Part shown: in pieces, positions 36,201 through 51,200 of the stretch
Position numbering within the stretch: the stretch's first letter is position 1
How the letters are laid out: every line of letters starts with the position of its first letter
From: Callorhinchus milii
Lineage: Eukaryota
DNA length: 64,000 bases
Direction of reading: 5' to 3'
Assembly: GCF_018977255.1 (NCBI RefSeq)
Contig: NW_024704742.1
Coordinates: 118,670,001 to 118,734,000, forward strand
Position numbers and translations under genes: made by a program
Notes under the pieces: model-generated
Told to the model about the DNA's origin: nothing
The model's input: only the letters and a program-made list of their open reading frames with translations
The model's database searches: none

Positions 36201-39200
36201 AAGTACTGTACTTCTAGACATTGTAGTCCTGTTCCGCAGTCAAATCAGTACCAAACATAGGATAATAATAATAATCCTTGCATTAGATATAGCGCCTTTG
36301 ATATATCCACCTCATCCCCCTCCCTTAAGACCCGTCTCAACACCCCCTCGACTGTGCCTTCGGTCACCCTCCTCCCCCCCGAAACACTGAATTGTCCAGC
36401 TCCTTGGGACGTCCTCCCGACATGAAAGGTGTTATACAAATGTAATTTTGTTGCTTTCATGTCTTCGCGACATCTCAAAGCGCTTCATGGAATATACTGT
36501 AAAGTGAATTAACTGTATATTTTGTGGGCGAATATGTTAGGATATGTAAGATATTCAATCATTAAATGTTTATAGCACCGGAGGCCATGCAGCTTGTTGT
36601 GACTGAATTAGGGTTGTTTCCCACTGGGTTTATTGATCACAATACCATACCAATGCCAAATTACATTTGTATAGCAAAAACAGAAGTTGCTGAGAACACT
36701 CAACAGGTTAGCAGGATTTATGGAGAATAGAAAGTGAGTCAATGTTTCGGGCCTTCGTCAGAACTGGGGAATGCAAAATTCTTGCATTATTAACACCTTT
36801 ATTCCCCTGTTTTGTTGCAATCCCCCTCTTTGTTTCGCATCATTAACACCTCTTTAACCCATCATCCCCTGTCCTCTACCCCATTTTCTCTTTTGTCTTC
36901 CTTGCCCTGCCTCCCCCCACTGTTAGCCCTTAAAAGCCTCTCCCTCCCAACATGCCTTGAAGGTCTTGAAGGACACCTGAAACGTTGACTCACTTTCCTT
37001 TCTCCACAGATGCTGCCTGACCTGCTGAGTGTTCCTAGCGACTTCTGTTTTTGTTTCAGATTTCTAGCATCTGCAGTATTTTGCAGTTTGTTTACATTTG
37101 TGTAGGCCTTTCATGTTGGGAGGACCCCCGCTGGGGATTGGGATCAGGAGGGTTGGAGGGTAGGGGTAGGAAGGTGACCAAAGCCACGGTCAAAGAGGAT
37201 GGGCTTGAGACAGGTCTTGAAGGGTAACTTTATCATAGAATCTTGCATTTGATACTGCGCCTTATCAAGTCTTCGAGACATCTCAAAGTGCTTCACAGAA
37301 TATACTGTGAAGTGAATTGACTGTATTTTGTGTGCGAAACCTGGCAGCCAATTGAGCACAGCAGTGTCCCAAATATAGTCGTCCTATTTCCTACCTCATT
37401 CCCATACTTTTTGTATATAAGTTTTCCTTTTTTTTATCAATTCTCTAAAATGTGCAACAATAACCTTTCTTTTTAATACATCTGGAATTTTTTTATCCTA
37501 ACAAAATTTATCCTGTCTTCTCAAAGGTTTAAAATATCAAATCAATAAGATTTATTTGGTTAAAATTAAGCAACAAATTTAATTAGAATTTAATTTATAG
37601 TCAAAAAAATTAGAAACTTTGGAACACTCTTTCTGTACCTCCCTGCCTTGCCCCCTCCTTCTTCATCTTCAGATCGCGCCTGAAGACTTTCCTCTTTGAC
37701 CGTGCCTATGGTCAGCTCCCCCGGCTTAGCATCATAACAACAATAATAATAATAATCTTTGCATTTGATATAGCGCTTTTCACGTCTTCTAGACGTCTCA
37801 AAGCGCTTCACAGAATATACTGTAAAGTGAATTGGCTGTATATTTGTGGGCGCAACGAGGCAGCCAAATGCGCACAGCAGTGTCCCACAAACAGTCGTGG
37901 CTTGAAAATGACCAATTTATTATTGCTTTGTTTTGGAGGGATCATTATTAGGCGTGTGGAGTAAGGAAACTTGCCCAAGGTTTCGCTCTGCTGCTGTCAA
38001 ACCCTCTGGGACGCTACCCTGAGTGAGGGGCGCTGTATAAATGCAAGTTGTTTTTGGTTAAGTTGTTTTTATGGAATGTTTTGAGTAAAATATTTTGGTA
38101 GTTCTTAAAGTTGACTGAATAAGATGGTAAAGTAAAATGTATCAACTTAAGCAGCTATTTAGGATTTCAATTAGTTCAGCTGAGTTTTCAGCATTTGTGC
38201 ATTAAGGGTGACTTCTAGGCATTGTACTCATTATTGTCCTTGAACGGGTGACCCAACTGTTGAACCTCCTCCCTCCCCACCATTTTAAAAAGTCCTACTT
38301 TAAGACTGATCTTTTTGACTGCACTTCTAGTCTACCTGCCCCTGCGCCCCCAAAAAAGCAACTTGTCCGCTCTATCAGTTCATGAAGCGTTTTGAGGTAT
38401 CCTTCTAAAGTGAAAGGTGCTATATAAATGTAAATTGTTACTGTTGTACACCATTTTATGATGTAGATAGAGATGTGCTATATTCAAATATGCTTTTCCT
38501 AAAGTTCCATATGTCTTGCACTTGATTACAACTGATCAAAGTAAACCTGGTCTGGTAGAATTAGAGGCGCACTCAACTGCCAATGAGGACATTATGAGTT
38601 TGAGTTACAGCATTGCTTGCTCTGAATCTTGCTTGCTTTGCCAGCTGGAAATCCTTTGTCCATTAAGTTGAATGTAATAAGATGTTCATTGTGCCTTCCA
38701 GATATTTCTCTCCAATATCATAAATGGCTTTTAAAACTGAGTATGCAACAGCATTTAATAGGGAATTGAATAAATACTTGGGGGGAAAATATCACAGGGT
38801 ATTGGGACAAAGCAGGAAATTGGGAGTAGAGCTGATATATCCACTGAAGGAGTACCAACACACCAGAACGGACATGACTGCCTGAATCGCCTTCCTTCTA
38901 TGCTGTAAACTTTCTATAATCTGATATTTGGGCTTTTAGATTGTGCCTCCAATTAACTAGTCTTAAAATGTCATTGATGGTAAATGACTAATTTCTACAA
39001 CCAGGCATTCCAGTTTCCTAGCTGGAATTGGAAGATGGTGGTGGTATAAAGAGAATTGAGAAAGACTGCTGTTTTTATGTTGTGTTACGAGTCCTAAGTA
39101 AGATTAGTGTTGCACACTAGAGGTCAGTGTTGTTCCCCTGAACAAGTTTTAATGTAACTGTCAGGTCATAAGAGTTATTGATCTTGTATGGCCCATTCTA

Positions 39201-42200
39201 AAATCTGTGCATAGCTGAGGTTTTCATTTTTTTCAGATGTTGGTACTCTGAAAGTATTGGGGTTTTCAAAACACTGTAATGTGTGTTTTGATTTGCATAT
39301 ACAATCCCATTCAAGGCTGAAAAAGTTAGCAAAAATGACCATCTAGGGATGTAAGTTGCTACCAATGCCACTTGTGAATGCCACTCTAGGCTTTGTAGAT
39401 TTGTTTGCATTATGTTTTCTGCTCTAACTACAAATTGTCATATCTACACATTTTGTACAGTTTAAAGTTCAAAATTAAGCAAATTTTAAGATGTTAAAAA
39501 TTAAGATGTTAATTTAGAAATAATTCATACTACAGACGTGAAATTCACAAATTTATACTGTCACCCTTTTTTTGAGTAACAACAAATTACATTTGTATAG
39601 AGCCTTTCACGTCAGGAGAACGTCCCAAAGCGCTGTACATTCAGGGATCCGCATTTGAGCTGGTGGTTGGGATCAGGAGGGGTGAAGCGTGGGGAGGGTA
39701 GGGGTATGAGGGTGATCGAAGGCACAGGTGAAGAGGAGGGTCTTGATATGGGTCTTGCAGGAGGCAAAGGAGCGGGTGAGGTGGAGGGACTGTGGGATGG
39801 AGTTCCAGAGGATGGGGGTAGAGAGGCTGAAGGCCTGCCCGCCAATGGTGGGGCGGGCAAGGCGGGGGACGTGAAGCATGCCGGAGCCCGCTGAACGGAA
39901 AGAACGGACAGGTTGGTAGGGGGTTAGGAGGTCACAGGTAGGGACGAGTAAACTGGTTTGCTTCTATAAGAAGGAACGAATAAATACCAACTCAGTATGT
40001 TTACATGGGATGTGTGTGGAGAGATGAAAGGAATCTTATATACTAATAAAGTCAAAATGTGTGTCCGCCAATAAAACAATAACTGATTGACGTAGAGACA
40101 TGATTTATACTTCATCAGAAAGGTCTTGCATTGGAGAGTGTCATGGGCCGAATTTTTTTGCGTGACCTCCTATTGTGACCTAAACAAGCTCATCATGCAT
40201 GTATGGAGTCCTCCCAACCAGGAGTGCTCCCAACAGGATATGTGTGCAAATATGGTGAACAAGGGATGCTAACGAGTTCAATAGCACATTTTCTTAATCT
40301 TAAGGGATAAAGATGCCTAAGAAGCGAAGATCAAGCCTTTCAACGACAAATAAAAATGACAGACGAAAGAGAGAAGGCCGGTTAAATGAAACTGGTTGCA
40401 AGCGTAGCTGCAACGGGTACAGCTAATCTGTCTGTCTATCTTTTTTATTATAATATACTAATAAAACAAGAATGTCTGTCTACGCTTCAAGAAGGATCTC
40501 AATAACCGATTGATGTAGAGACATGATTTATACCTCATGGGAAAGATCTTGTACCTGGGAGTGACATGGGCATATTTTGTTTTTGGGTAGCTCCTATAGT
40601 TTTGAGTTATTTCAGTTTTGCTTTTTTCGCTGCTGTTACATCTGGTGGCCGTCAAGTCAAAGTGGCGCTGTGGCATTGTGCGTCACAGAGCACCTGCGTA
40701 TGTACGCACACACTACAGTTGCACCTGGTGGCCACGCCAGCTGACCGTGGCGCTGTGGCATCCTGCGACAAAGAGCATGCAAGTAGCCAAGTGGTGGGAA
40801 CAAAATAACGAACACAGACAAAGCTAAGCCGTGGCAACAACAACAAAATTACATTTTTAAAGCGCCTTTCACGTCGGGAGGATGTCCCAGTGATTATAAA
40901 TTATACATTTATATTTATCATTATAAAGATGCCTAAGTGAAAATCAAACCTTTCAAGGATGAGTAAAAATGCTAGACAAGAGAGAGAAGGCCCATTAAAT
41001 GAAACTGAAGAACAAAATCCTCCCACAGGAGTCTTCCCAGATGAGTATAGATAAAGATGAAATGTCTGTCTGTCAATCTACATTCCATATTGGATCCTTT
41101 GGTTGCAAGTGTAGCTGCAATGGGTACAGCTAGTGTTGTGTAGAGGAATTGCCTTTAGTCACTAAATAATCCCGGTTATCTCTCAGTATATTTCCCTAAT
41201 GATATTGTTTGTTTTATGCAGTTGAGAGTCGTGTTCGTCCCCTGGTGCTGGTTGTGAAAAAGTGGGCATGTCATCATGGGATAAATGATGCTAGTCGTGG
41301 TACATTGAGTAGTTACTCCCTGGTACTGATGGTATTGCACTATCTACAAAGTAAGTCTTTTTATGTATAATTATAAATTTACACCCTTTTGAACTCCTGT
41401 GCGTATGTATTTGTTTTCTGTGTATAACTAAAGCAGTGGAGTACTGTAGCTGAGTGATTAGAGCACTCGCCTCACAAGCGAGAGACCTGGGTTCAATTCC
41501 CGGTAGGGCGAAATGTTGGACAACTTTCCTTACTCCACGTGCCTCTGTTTACCTGGCAGTAAGAAGGAACTTGGTCGTTAGTCGATTGACGGACCACTTT
41601 TCCGGGGGTAATAATTCCATTAAAAAAATAATAAATAAGTCACTTCAATCCATGACTGTTTGTGGGACGTTGCTGTGTGCAATTGGCTACTGTGTTTTGC
41701 CCACAAAATGTCTATTCACATTACAGTATATTCTGTGAAGCGCTTTGAGTCGTCTCGAAGAAGTGATAAGGCGTTATATCAAATGCAGGGATTATTATTA
41801 TTAAATCGGAAGCCATTTCCTGAATTGTTAATAACAATGTAGAATTTATCAGGTGAGTTCTTTGTTCCATCTACAGTCAATAATTAGGGGAATAAAACTA
41901 AACTCTAAACAGTGTATCCACTAAACCTGTAAATGGCAATGTTGGGTCTGCTTGTCCGTTTGAATAGGAGGGGTAGCAGTACAAGCATCAATTATGAAAT
42001 TGTTATACATCCCACACAATGTAGGTGACACTAAAAGGGCTGATTTCTCTGGTTAGCAAAATGTATTATCAGAATTCCTGCATTATCCTTTTTTCCACAA
42101 AGAATAGGTAATTTTCAATATTAGTGATTTTCAAATGTGCATCATATCTGAAATTAACATTCTTGTGCGTGTGTGTGTGTGTGTGTGTGTGTGCATCCAT

Positions 42201-45200
42201 GTATATGGTTATGGGTATGATCTAGGAATCTGAAACCAGTTCAGTCTTTTTGGGAAACGGGTGGGGGAAGAGAAAGAAAGGGTAATTTGTGTTGGAATAT
42301 TCTGCCTTGGTATCTCACATATTTTGTAAATATTATGAAATATAGTACATTATTTACTATATATGCTACTACATTATTTAAAATAACTTATTGTGTAAGG
42401 TACTTGGAGATATTTTGACGTGATAAGACGTTATTTAAAATGCAAGCACTTATTACCCCTATTGAAGAATTATAGGTTAATTTTCTAAACTCTTTATTGG
42501 TTGTCTGATGTTAAGAGGGAACAAAATTACCAGAACAGAATTGGAATACTCTCATATAAGGAAAGTAACAGGAAATAAGCTTTTAAAACTCCCTTTGTAC
42601 TTTGCATTAAAAATGGGTTATGTCACAGCATGGTCACTATGCTATTATGTCTCTATTTGTTGTATGCAATTCCCTTCATCAAATTACTTTAGTTTTGAAA
42701 TGTCCATAAACATAAATTTCTTGAAACTTGGATTAAAGGTTCCTGTTGAAATGCAGGGAAGCATTTCATTCTGTGAAGTATGAGCCAAATTATTACAATG
42801 ATTCAAAAAGATGGTCAAATTTAACAAAGTCCCCTTACCCTTGGCTCTTCTGCAAAATGTGTATACAGGGAATAGTCTGAAGTTATCTCAATAGCTGAAA
42901 ACTTCTCTCATGGGAATTGTGTAATGCATTTCATGTCATTTCATCTCTTGGGTATAAATTTTAATCCAGCCTGACTGATGGGATGAAAGTCTTTTCATTC
43001 AGACGGTTCAGGGGTTTAAATGAAATGAGATTGGACAATTTCAGACCACTCCAATCATCAGTGGGTCATGCAGTAAACTTAAAACACAAAAAATTCATCA
43101 TTTGGCATCAACAAGCAATATCTCACAGACCTGATGCAAGATAAAATGTTGCTGTAATACATCATGGGGTGTTTTAGTGTTTGGGCACATTTAAGGCACA
43201 TTATTAGAGAAGACTTGCTCAATTTAAGTAGTATTTGATGCTGAAAACGTTATACAATAGTGATATCCTGTGTAATTCGGTTGGTTAAGCACCAGATCTG
43301 GCCTGTAATGTATTGATTTCAAATTCTGGTGGGCTTGGTTACATTAGGAACTTGTTGTGGGAAGTAGTGGATATGCCAGTTCTTCACCCAGTGGAGCCAC
43401 AATTTTCTTAAAAAAAACGCATGTTTCTGGTGATATCTCCATGAATACAATTTAGTATTCATTCATTAATTAATCTAATTAATTAATTAAATTGTTGGCT
43501 TGAAACCCGCTGGTGTGAGAAAATACAAAGTTTGAAGCTGGTTCTACATTTTTGTGATCTTCTTTGTCTTTGTTTTAGCTCTACCTGAACCTGTCATTCC
43601 ATCTCTCCAGAAAGAGCACCCAGTAAGTATTGTTCCTACTATATGGGTAGTAAAACAAATTACATTTTGAATACACAGAATGCAATTCACCACACCTATA
43701 TGTTTTATATTTAATTTTTTTTAAACAACAAATTCGTATATAAACCTAAGTATAAATTGGAAACTTAGAGTAATGGAAGAGTAGATATATACTTAATTCA
43801 AACCCATAATTGTGGTTGTCTAAAGCAAATATCTCAATACGTAGGAATTAGGAGCAGAAATAGGTCATTCGGCTGCCCCGCCATCCAATAAGATCATGGC
43901 TGATCTTCTAACCTAACTCCATCTGCCCGCCTTATCCCCATATCCCTTAATCCCTCTGTTCTTTAGAAACCTATCGATCTCAGTCTTGAACATGTTCAAG
44001 GACTGAGCATCTACAGCCTTCTGGGGTAGAGAATTCCATAAATTCACTACCCTTTGAGTGAAGAAGTGTTTTCTCAACTCTGTTCGAAAGGGCTGTACCT
44101 TAATCTTAAGACTGTGACCCCTAGTTGTAGATTCTCCTACCAGGGAAAATAGTCTTGCACTGTCTACTCTGTCAAGCCCCATAAGAATCTTGTATGTTTC
44201 TATAAGATCACCCCTAATTCTTCTATATTCTAGAGAATATAGACCTGGTTTACTCAACCTATCCTCATAGGATGCATGTTCAATACCACAATTTAAAATT
44301 ATCTGAGATTTGTTTTACAGATCTCATATACTTTTATCCTTCATAGTGTTTGGTGACCTTTGCACATAGTAATACCATCAAGGTTTGCGCCTGTAAATTG
44401 TCAATGTTGGACAAGTTACTTTGAATTTAGAGGATGCCTTTATAAAGGACAGAATAGTCAGTTGAATCAATCTAAGTCATTCTCCTGAATCTCAAGGCAA
44501 ATTTGTCAAATGGTTTGAAGCAGTGTCTTGTCAACTGGTCATGTGGAAGGCATTATATCACATGCAAGGATTGTTATTACTGACACTTGACTCTATTTAC
44601 AAGCTACATTTCATGTTGTTTCAGAATCAGTAAGTGTATACAAGTCTGTGAATGTTAGTATTATTGACTTGATTTTAAATGAACAATAATGGTTTTCCTT
44701 ACTGCAGATCTGTCCATTTTGATTGCCAGTTTATGGTGATTGTCAAAAAAAAGCTTAATTACAGTTACTGCAGAATCTGTTATAAAGAAAATTGAATTAT
44801 CTTAATTTTGCTTAATGGGTTAGAACACGTTTTCACCTCTGGGACCTGAGTTAAAATACAGCCTTGATTGCTGAAAGATGGGATGAAAGTCTCCTCTTGA
44901 TGACTATAACATTAGTTAAGGATGGGCAGTCAGGCAGTCTCCACCCAGTGGACTTCCCATAAATTCAATACAAAATAATATGCATTGCCAATCTTACTCG
45001 GAAAGGTCAAATAGAGTGGCTGGAGTCTTGTAGAAAAATGAACAGTGATAGTAGATTAGGATCCTGCTTGGCGGTTGTGGTTAATACATATTTTGGGGCA
45101 GAATGAGCGGGACTTTGCTGTATAGCTGGCATATACTGCACCAAAACCTGAGCGACAAGTTTTTGATTTCTCTTGCACTGATGTCTCTCACTTTGATGAA

Positions 45201-48200
45201 CATATTAAAAATAAATGACACTTTCTTCCCCCGCCCCACAAGAAATATCATTGTTGCGTACGTAGAACAGAAAATGCATTTCACTGATTTTCACTGATGC
45301 AGAACAGTTAATTCTCTCTTAATCGGCCTACCTTATGATCATCTTGAATTTGTTTTAGTGCATGTAGTAATTGATTTAGTAACCATTGTAACAGTCACAA
45401 AATACGAGGATATTCCAAATATACAATGAAATTGATGTAAAGTCAACCATGAATATGTTGTCAAGACAGGGGATAAATCATTCCCAATACTTGCATAGTC
45501 TGTTCTCATACATTACATTAGATTTGCCTCGTATGGTTTCCAACCACATGACTTCTTTATTGATGAAGTCATTAAAATGGCATGACCAAATCCTGAATTG
45601 AAAATTACTTTGTGTATAACAGAAGAAACACTTCACCCCTTTCATAGTAAATGTGAAGTGGTGGTTAAAAATAAATTTAGTATATAATGTGTTCCTTTTT
45701 TCATGCAAAGTAATTAACAGTTCAAATAGTTTAAAAGAAACTTTACTAGTTTTTGCATCATGTGAGGGGGTCTCTGCTCAGTACTCAACATCCAAAACTA
45801 TTTCTGTTGTTTCTAAAGCATTGCTAAAAGAGAATGTTCTTGAAATGAATGGGGAAATGCAAAATGGAATTGTTCTTTCATGAAATATCTAAAAAGCTAT
45901 TGTTCTGAAATCAGTTGATCTTATTAGTCGTCAATTGTCTGGATCTTGGGAAGTGAATATTTTTATCTTCTCGGCAAGCACCTATGCAGATTGAGCCTTA
46001 AAATGTATTAAGTGTGAACTTTAAGCTTTATTCACCTCGAAGAATGCATTTTGTTTGTAACATTATACTGATTTGCTATGTTGCCAGTAAACATATCAAT
46101 TCAGGAAAGTAATTTATTTTACATTGTACAAAAATTATATCCAGTAATTTAATTCATTTTTACAACTTTTTTTTAATAGGAGTGTTTCGACCCCACTATG
46201 CAGTTGCATCTTGTGCACCAAGGAGGAAGCAAAATCAGTCCTTATCTTTCACTAAATAGTTCAAACTTGGGAGACCTCCTCGTGGGCTTTCTACAATACT
46301 ATGCTACAGAATTTAAGTATGTAACTCTTTGTTTTAGATGGAATGTTTTTGGTACGTTTGAATCTATCTGGAATTATGTATTAATATTTTAAAACCTGAA
46401 CTTCCTTTTTGTACAATCTTTAACATTTTTTTCTTACTGTAGCACTTGCAGCTCACTGTTGTTACCACTGTTTGGATCCTAATTATAGCGGTTTGCTTTG
46501 AATTTCTGATGCAAGGCTCAAGAATCATACCAGGCACTTCAATGCCCCAGGAGTATCTGATCTTTGAGCATTATGCTTAACTGCAGTTTGTGTGAAGTTG
46601 GTAAGATCATAGGGTTACCAAATCTGACTGCTGTTCAATTGTGACCAATTATCGGCAATTTATTTTTTACATACTCTGTTTGCATATTTAAGGAGTTGTA
46701 AACTGGCTTATGAGATCAATCACCTCCCAATGCTACCAGCTTATATAAGATATATCAAAACCATTCATTACGAAATAGTATCCTTGTACCTCTCTCTGCT
46801 GTGGAAATCACGTAATTCCCATTTTCATAGAAGCATGAATAATGAATTTTTCAGTGGAACACTACTGAAATTGCATGAACTGTAGTGTTCCTAGGTGCTG
46901 TGATAAATTACATTTTTCTAGTGTTAATGCAAACCTAGCTGCACCAGCAATAAACTTCGGATAATGAGCTAATTGAGTTGTATGGAAAGCTAAAAGTCCA
47001 TGAAAATAGCTAGGTGAGGAGCCAGATTTCAATGCCTATTTTCCGGCAGCACTCTTGCCTCTGGATCAGAAGGTTCAAACCCACATCAGGGCTTTAAACT
47101 TATTGGCTATGCAGACACTCCAGTGCAGTGCTGGGGAAGAGCTGCATTGTCATAGAGTGCTATTCCTTAAATGAGATGTTAAACTGTGGTCCCATCTGCC
47201 TGTTCAGGTCCCATGGCACTATTCAAAAAGAGAAAGGAATTTCTCCCATGTCCTGGTCAATAAATCTTCCCGATAACTGATCATTCACTTCCTGGCTGTG
47301 GGTGTTTTGCCCACTAAATATACTGTCAATCTACTTTATACTATGAATTCATCTTGAGGATGTGATAAGGTGCAATATCAAATTATTATTAATGTATGCA
47401 TAATGGCTGCAACATTCGACTGGAAAAACACCATCATTACACTTTACAGAAACCTTGTGAAGTGCTTTGAGACATACTCAACATTATCGATGCCATATCA
47501 AATGCATCGATTATTATTTATGAAGAAAATTGCTCAACAGAGAACCTGCAAAACTAGTTTTTAGAGGTGGCCTTGCAGTGCTTGTGTACATAGAAATGGA
47601 GTGGAGCAATGACCTTTTTGTTGGGTAAGATCATTTCTCCACATTTGCAAACCAGGTGGGAAGTATGCCAGTACATGACGAACTACATTAAGGCTGCGTC
47701 AGCGACTGAGAATCTGGCAGGAGACTTGGAAGATGTTGCACAATGTCAAGAAAAATGCCAGTGGCCAGCATTAATTGTGATGTTCAGCAGAAGCACAAGA
47801 TATTTATGAACACTAGAAAAAGTTGGAGTAAATTAGGTGTTTTGAAAATCTGCACTGACAGAGAAATGTTAGGAGTAAAATAGAAGGGCAGATAATAACT
47901 GTGAAAGTAGCATGGTTGTGCAGATTACAACGGACATGCTATGGGAAGAGAGTTCATGTACTACAAGAAGGATTTTGCTTCAGCCAAATCATGTCTTGAA
48001 ACACCATTGCTCCTAGTTCAAAAGCAAAATTGATGTACAACGCAGCAGGTTGACTTCAGACATGAAACTACTTGCACAATATAAGGAGACAGCAGTGAAT
48101 TTTGTGGAAGCCATGGAAACTGTTACCCTGGAATAGAAAACATGTGGTAGGTATCATGATTTGTAAGATTCAAGAATATATCTGTGTAGACTCTACACAA

Positions 48201-51200
48201 GCACATCATAGTACTTGTAACGCTGCTTTTGTATTGATACACACGTGTATCATCTGCTTGTTTTGCAGAATAAGGAAAACCCAGTTGAATATCTACTGTA
48301 CCCGAGCATGAATTGCCCTGAAGCAAACACAAGCACTGTGATCTACACTGTGCAAATTGTAGATACTGCTCAGGAAATACAAAGTGAACAAGGGTGGTGG
48401 TAAGGGACCAACTGGTATTGGGCAGTCATCCAGCAGGCCATGTGTCTCAATTGAATTGCACAGCAATAGACAACACTGAAATGTAATATGACTGTGATAT
48501 ACTCTTGTCATTTACCTTACAATGAATGGAATGTGAACACTTTAGTTACATAAGCCGTAGACACGGTAGGAGCATCTCTCATGAATCTTCACACTACTAT
48601 TATTGGACACAATGAGATAAAACCCCCCAAGATGCAGTAAATCTTATTTTTAAGTGCTCTGGGACACTTCCCTGAATGAGGGTCCCTACATAAAGTTTTT
48701 GTAGTTACTCAACTGTCTTGGAGAGAATAATTACAAACAACTGCGACTGAAGGATTTTGAGACTTCTAGTACTTAATGCTCATGCAGTTCAGTGAGCAAC
48801 TTGGAAGACATGTTTGCCATCAGTGGCATGGAGATGCACAGTTACAGCATGTTGGCAGTCATTTCTGCTGCAGTTCTATGCTAACACATGATCCTGTATA
48901 TGTGTTGGGATCACTGATTTTGAAAGCACTGAGCTGACAGACTACAGAATCGGGCACTTTTGAAACAATCGCTTCAACTAGGGAACCCTCTAATAGAGTC
49001 CAAACACAACCAGAGTTCACGAGGGTATGGAGACAAATACAGGAGCAAGCCACATTAAATATATCTGCAAAATCCTGCACAAGTCAATGCATTAATTTTC
49101 AGCCTGGTTCACTCAGTAGCACTCTCGCCTCTTGAGTCAGAAGGTTGTGAGTTCAGGCCCTACATGGAGACTTTGATCTCATATTCTATTGCAGTGGTGA
49201 TCAAATGGTTATGCCAAATTTATGCCAAATGGTTGACCTTTATATCAAGAAAAAATGAAAACACTGCCTATCAAACACGGACTTACCTACATTCATGCGA
49301 ATGTTCAGAGGTGAGGGGCGGGACTTCTTGATTCTTGGTCATTCATTGTTTGTGGAACATTGTATTAATTTTAAGGTGAAGCATTTGAGTAGTGGCATAG
49401 GCAGTAGTAGATCTGAAGTCTGAAATTTAAGATTGTGCAGAATTTTGGCTTAGCCATTAAGAGCCTGACCCATGCTGAGCTTTTTCTGCCTCATTTCATA
49501 TTGTTTCCTCCTGTCGTGAAAGGAGTTATACAAATGTAATTTGTTGTTTTTGTTCCTGTAATTGTTACTTTTGTATTGTGTGTAAACCATTTATTTCTTT
49601 GAAAATAAGGTTGGGTTTGACATTGCAACAATCACTGTTTTTAAATGATCATTTACTGATGTGTAGGGAGTGAGAGTGAATGTTGGCAAATTGTGAATTT
49701 ATCCGGTTAAAGGAATAGGAAGAATCCTTGCATGATTACATAGCTGTATGATGATTGGTAAACGTCAAAAGTTAATTAACTCCAGGTCAGATTTGGAGTC
49801 AATAAGCTTAGCTGAAGGTCTTGATGCATCACCATAGAAGTGAGAAAAGTAAATAGGACAAAGTTGTTTTTTTTCCTGGAGTTTCCAAGAGCATAGGTTT
49901 ATCACAGTGGAGCAGGGAGCAGCCCAAGTATGCAAGATGCATACTGTAAATAAGAAAAATATCACCCATTTAATTTTGCTGTATTCGTGCATTACTAGGT
50001 ATCCACAAATCTAACAGGATCAAACCATGAAATACAACTAAATCCAAATGTAAAATTAGTCTTACTGCACAGTATGGCACAGTAACAGTAAACAAAAATG
50101 CAGTAAGCTTTGTACTATTACTCGTGCACACGGAACAGTCAAGGAAATGAGAAGATTATCTGTCTTCTCAACTTTACTGATTTTTGCACAACATTACTAT
50201 CTTTAACAAATGGTTTTGAAGCCCCTCTTCATAATCATTCTGCAGCCTTCCTACTTTTTTAATTGATAATATTAAATGCAAGCTTGTACAGATGTTAGTG
50301 ACAAAATAGTACAAATCAAATACATTTTCATGTCTGACAAAATAGTAAGGCCAGTATTTTTTAAATATTGCTTTTTTTAAAAAAAAACTCCTCTTCCACT
50401 CAGTATCTGTTGTGCTAAACTCTAAAGCAATTGCATTACTGTGTTCATCCTTTAGGTCTAAACTGAAAACTTAATTGATCTGGCTGCCACATTTTGCTGT
50501 GTCAATATGGCAGGTACAGGTCTCTAGTTACAAAGAAATGAGTGAAGGCAGCAAGTGGGCTTTGGACATAGAGGCCTGCGATTGAGATGGGCATTGGAGC
50601 CAAAATTGTGGTCTTAATATTTTGCTGTTTTATAGTAAGAGTATGCATAAATATTTGTCTGAGTCTATTGCTCAATTGGAGGAGAGAGAAATTTATAGGC
50701 TAATAATTTTGTTGCAATGTTTATAAATTAGGAATCTGTTTTTGTCATTGATTTCTACTGTACTCAGAGGTTTGGTTGCAAGCAGTGAAAAAGGGCCAGG
50801 TCTGCAAAATTTTTTCTCTCTGAAGGTTTACAGCCGTGCCTGAAACAAATGGACCCACTTGCAGTTATGACCCATATATAAAACAGAAAAGCATTTTACA
50901 ATGCAGCCCCATTATAAAGCACTTCTTTATAGTGCAAATTTGGTTATAATGGAGTTGTAACATCCCCATTAACTGCGAGTGTGTGGTTGCTTTCCACAAG
51001 TCAGCTGGGTCCAACTTCCAGGTAATTGGGTCTCAACGATATTACTTCCTAATTTCCACATATTTAACAAACAGAAAGTGACGTAGGGGGTGAGCTATAC
51101 TGGACATGCACAACGAAACCAGCTGTTGCACCTCATGGGAATGCAGATTGGAATTTTGTGGATCCCAAACACAATGTTATAACAAGGCTCCCCTTTTCCC

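Noticed and set aside
43913..44257. 114-aa open ORF with good protein-like sequence
   Set aside because: It is the C-terminal end of CR1 ORF2 from a 5'-truncated insertion.
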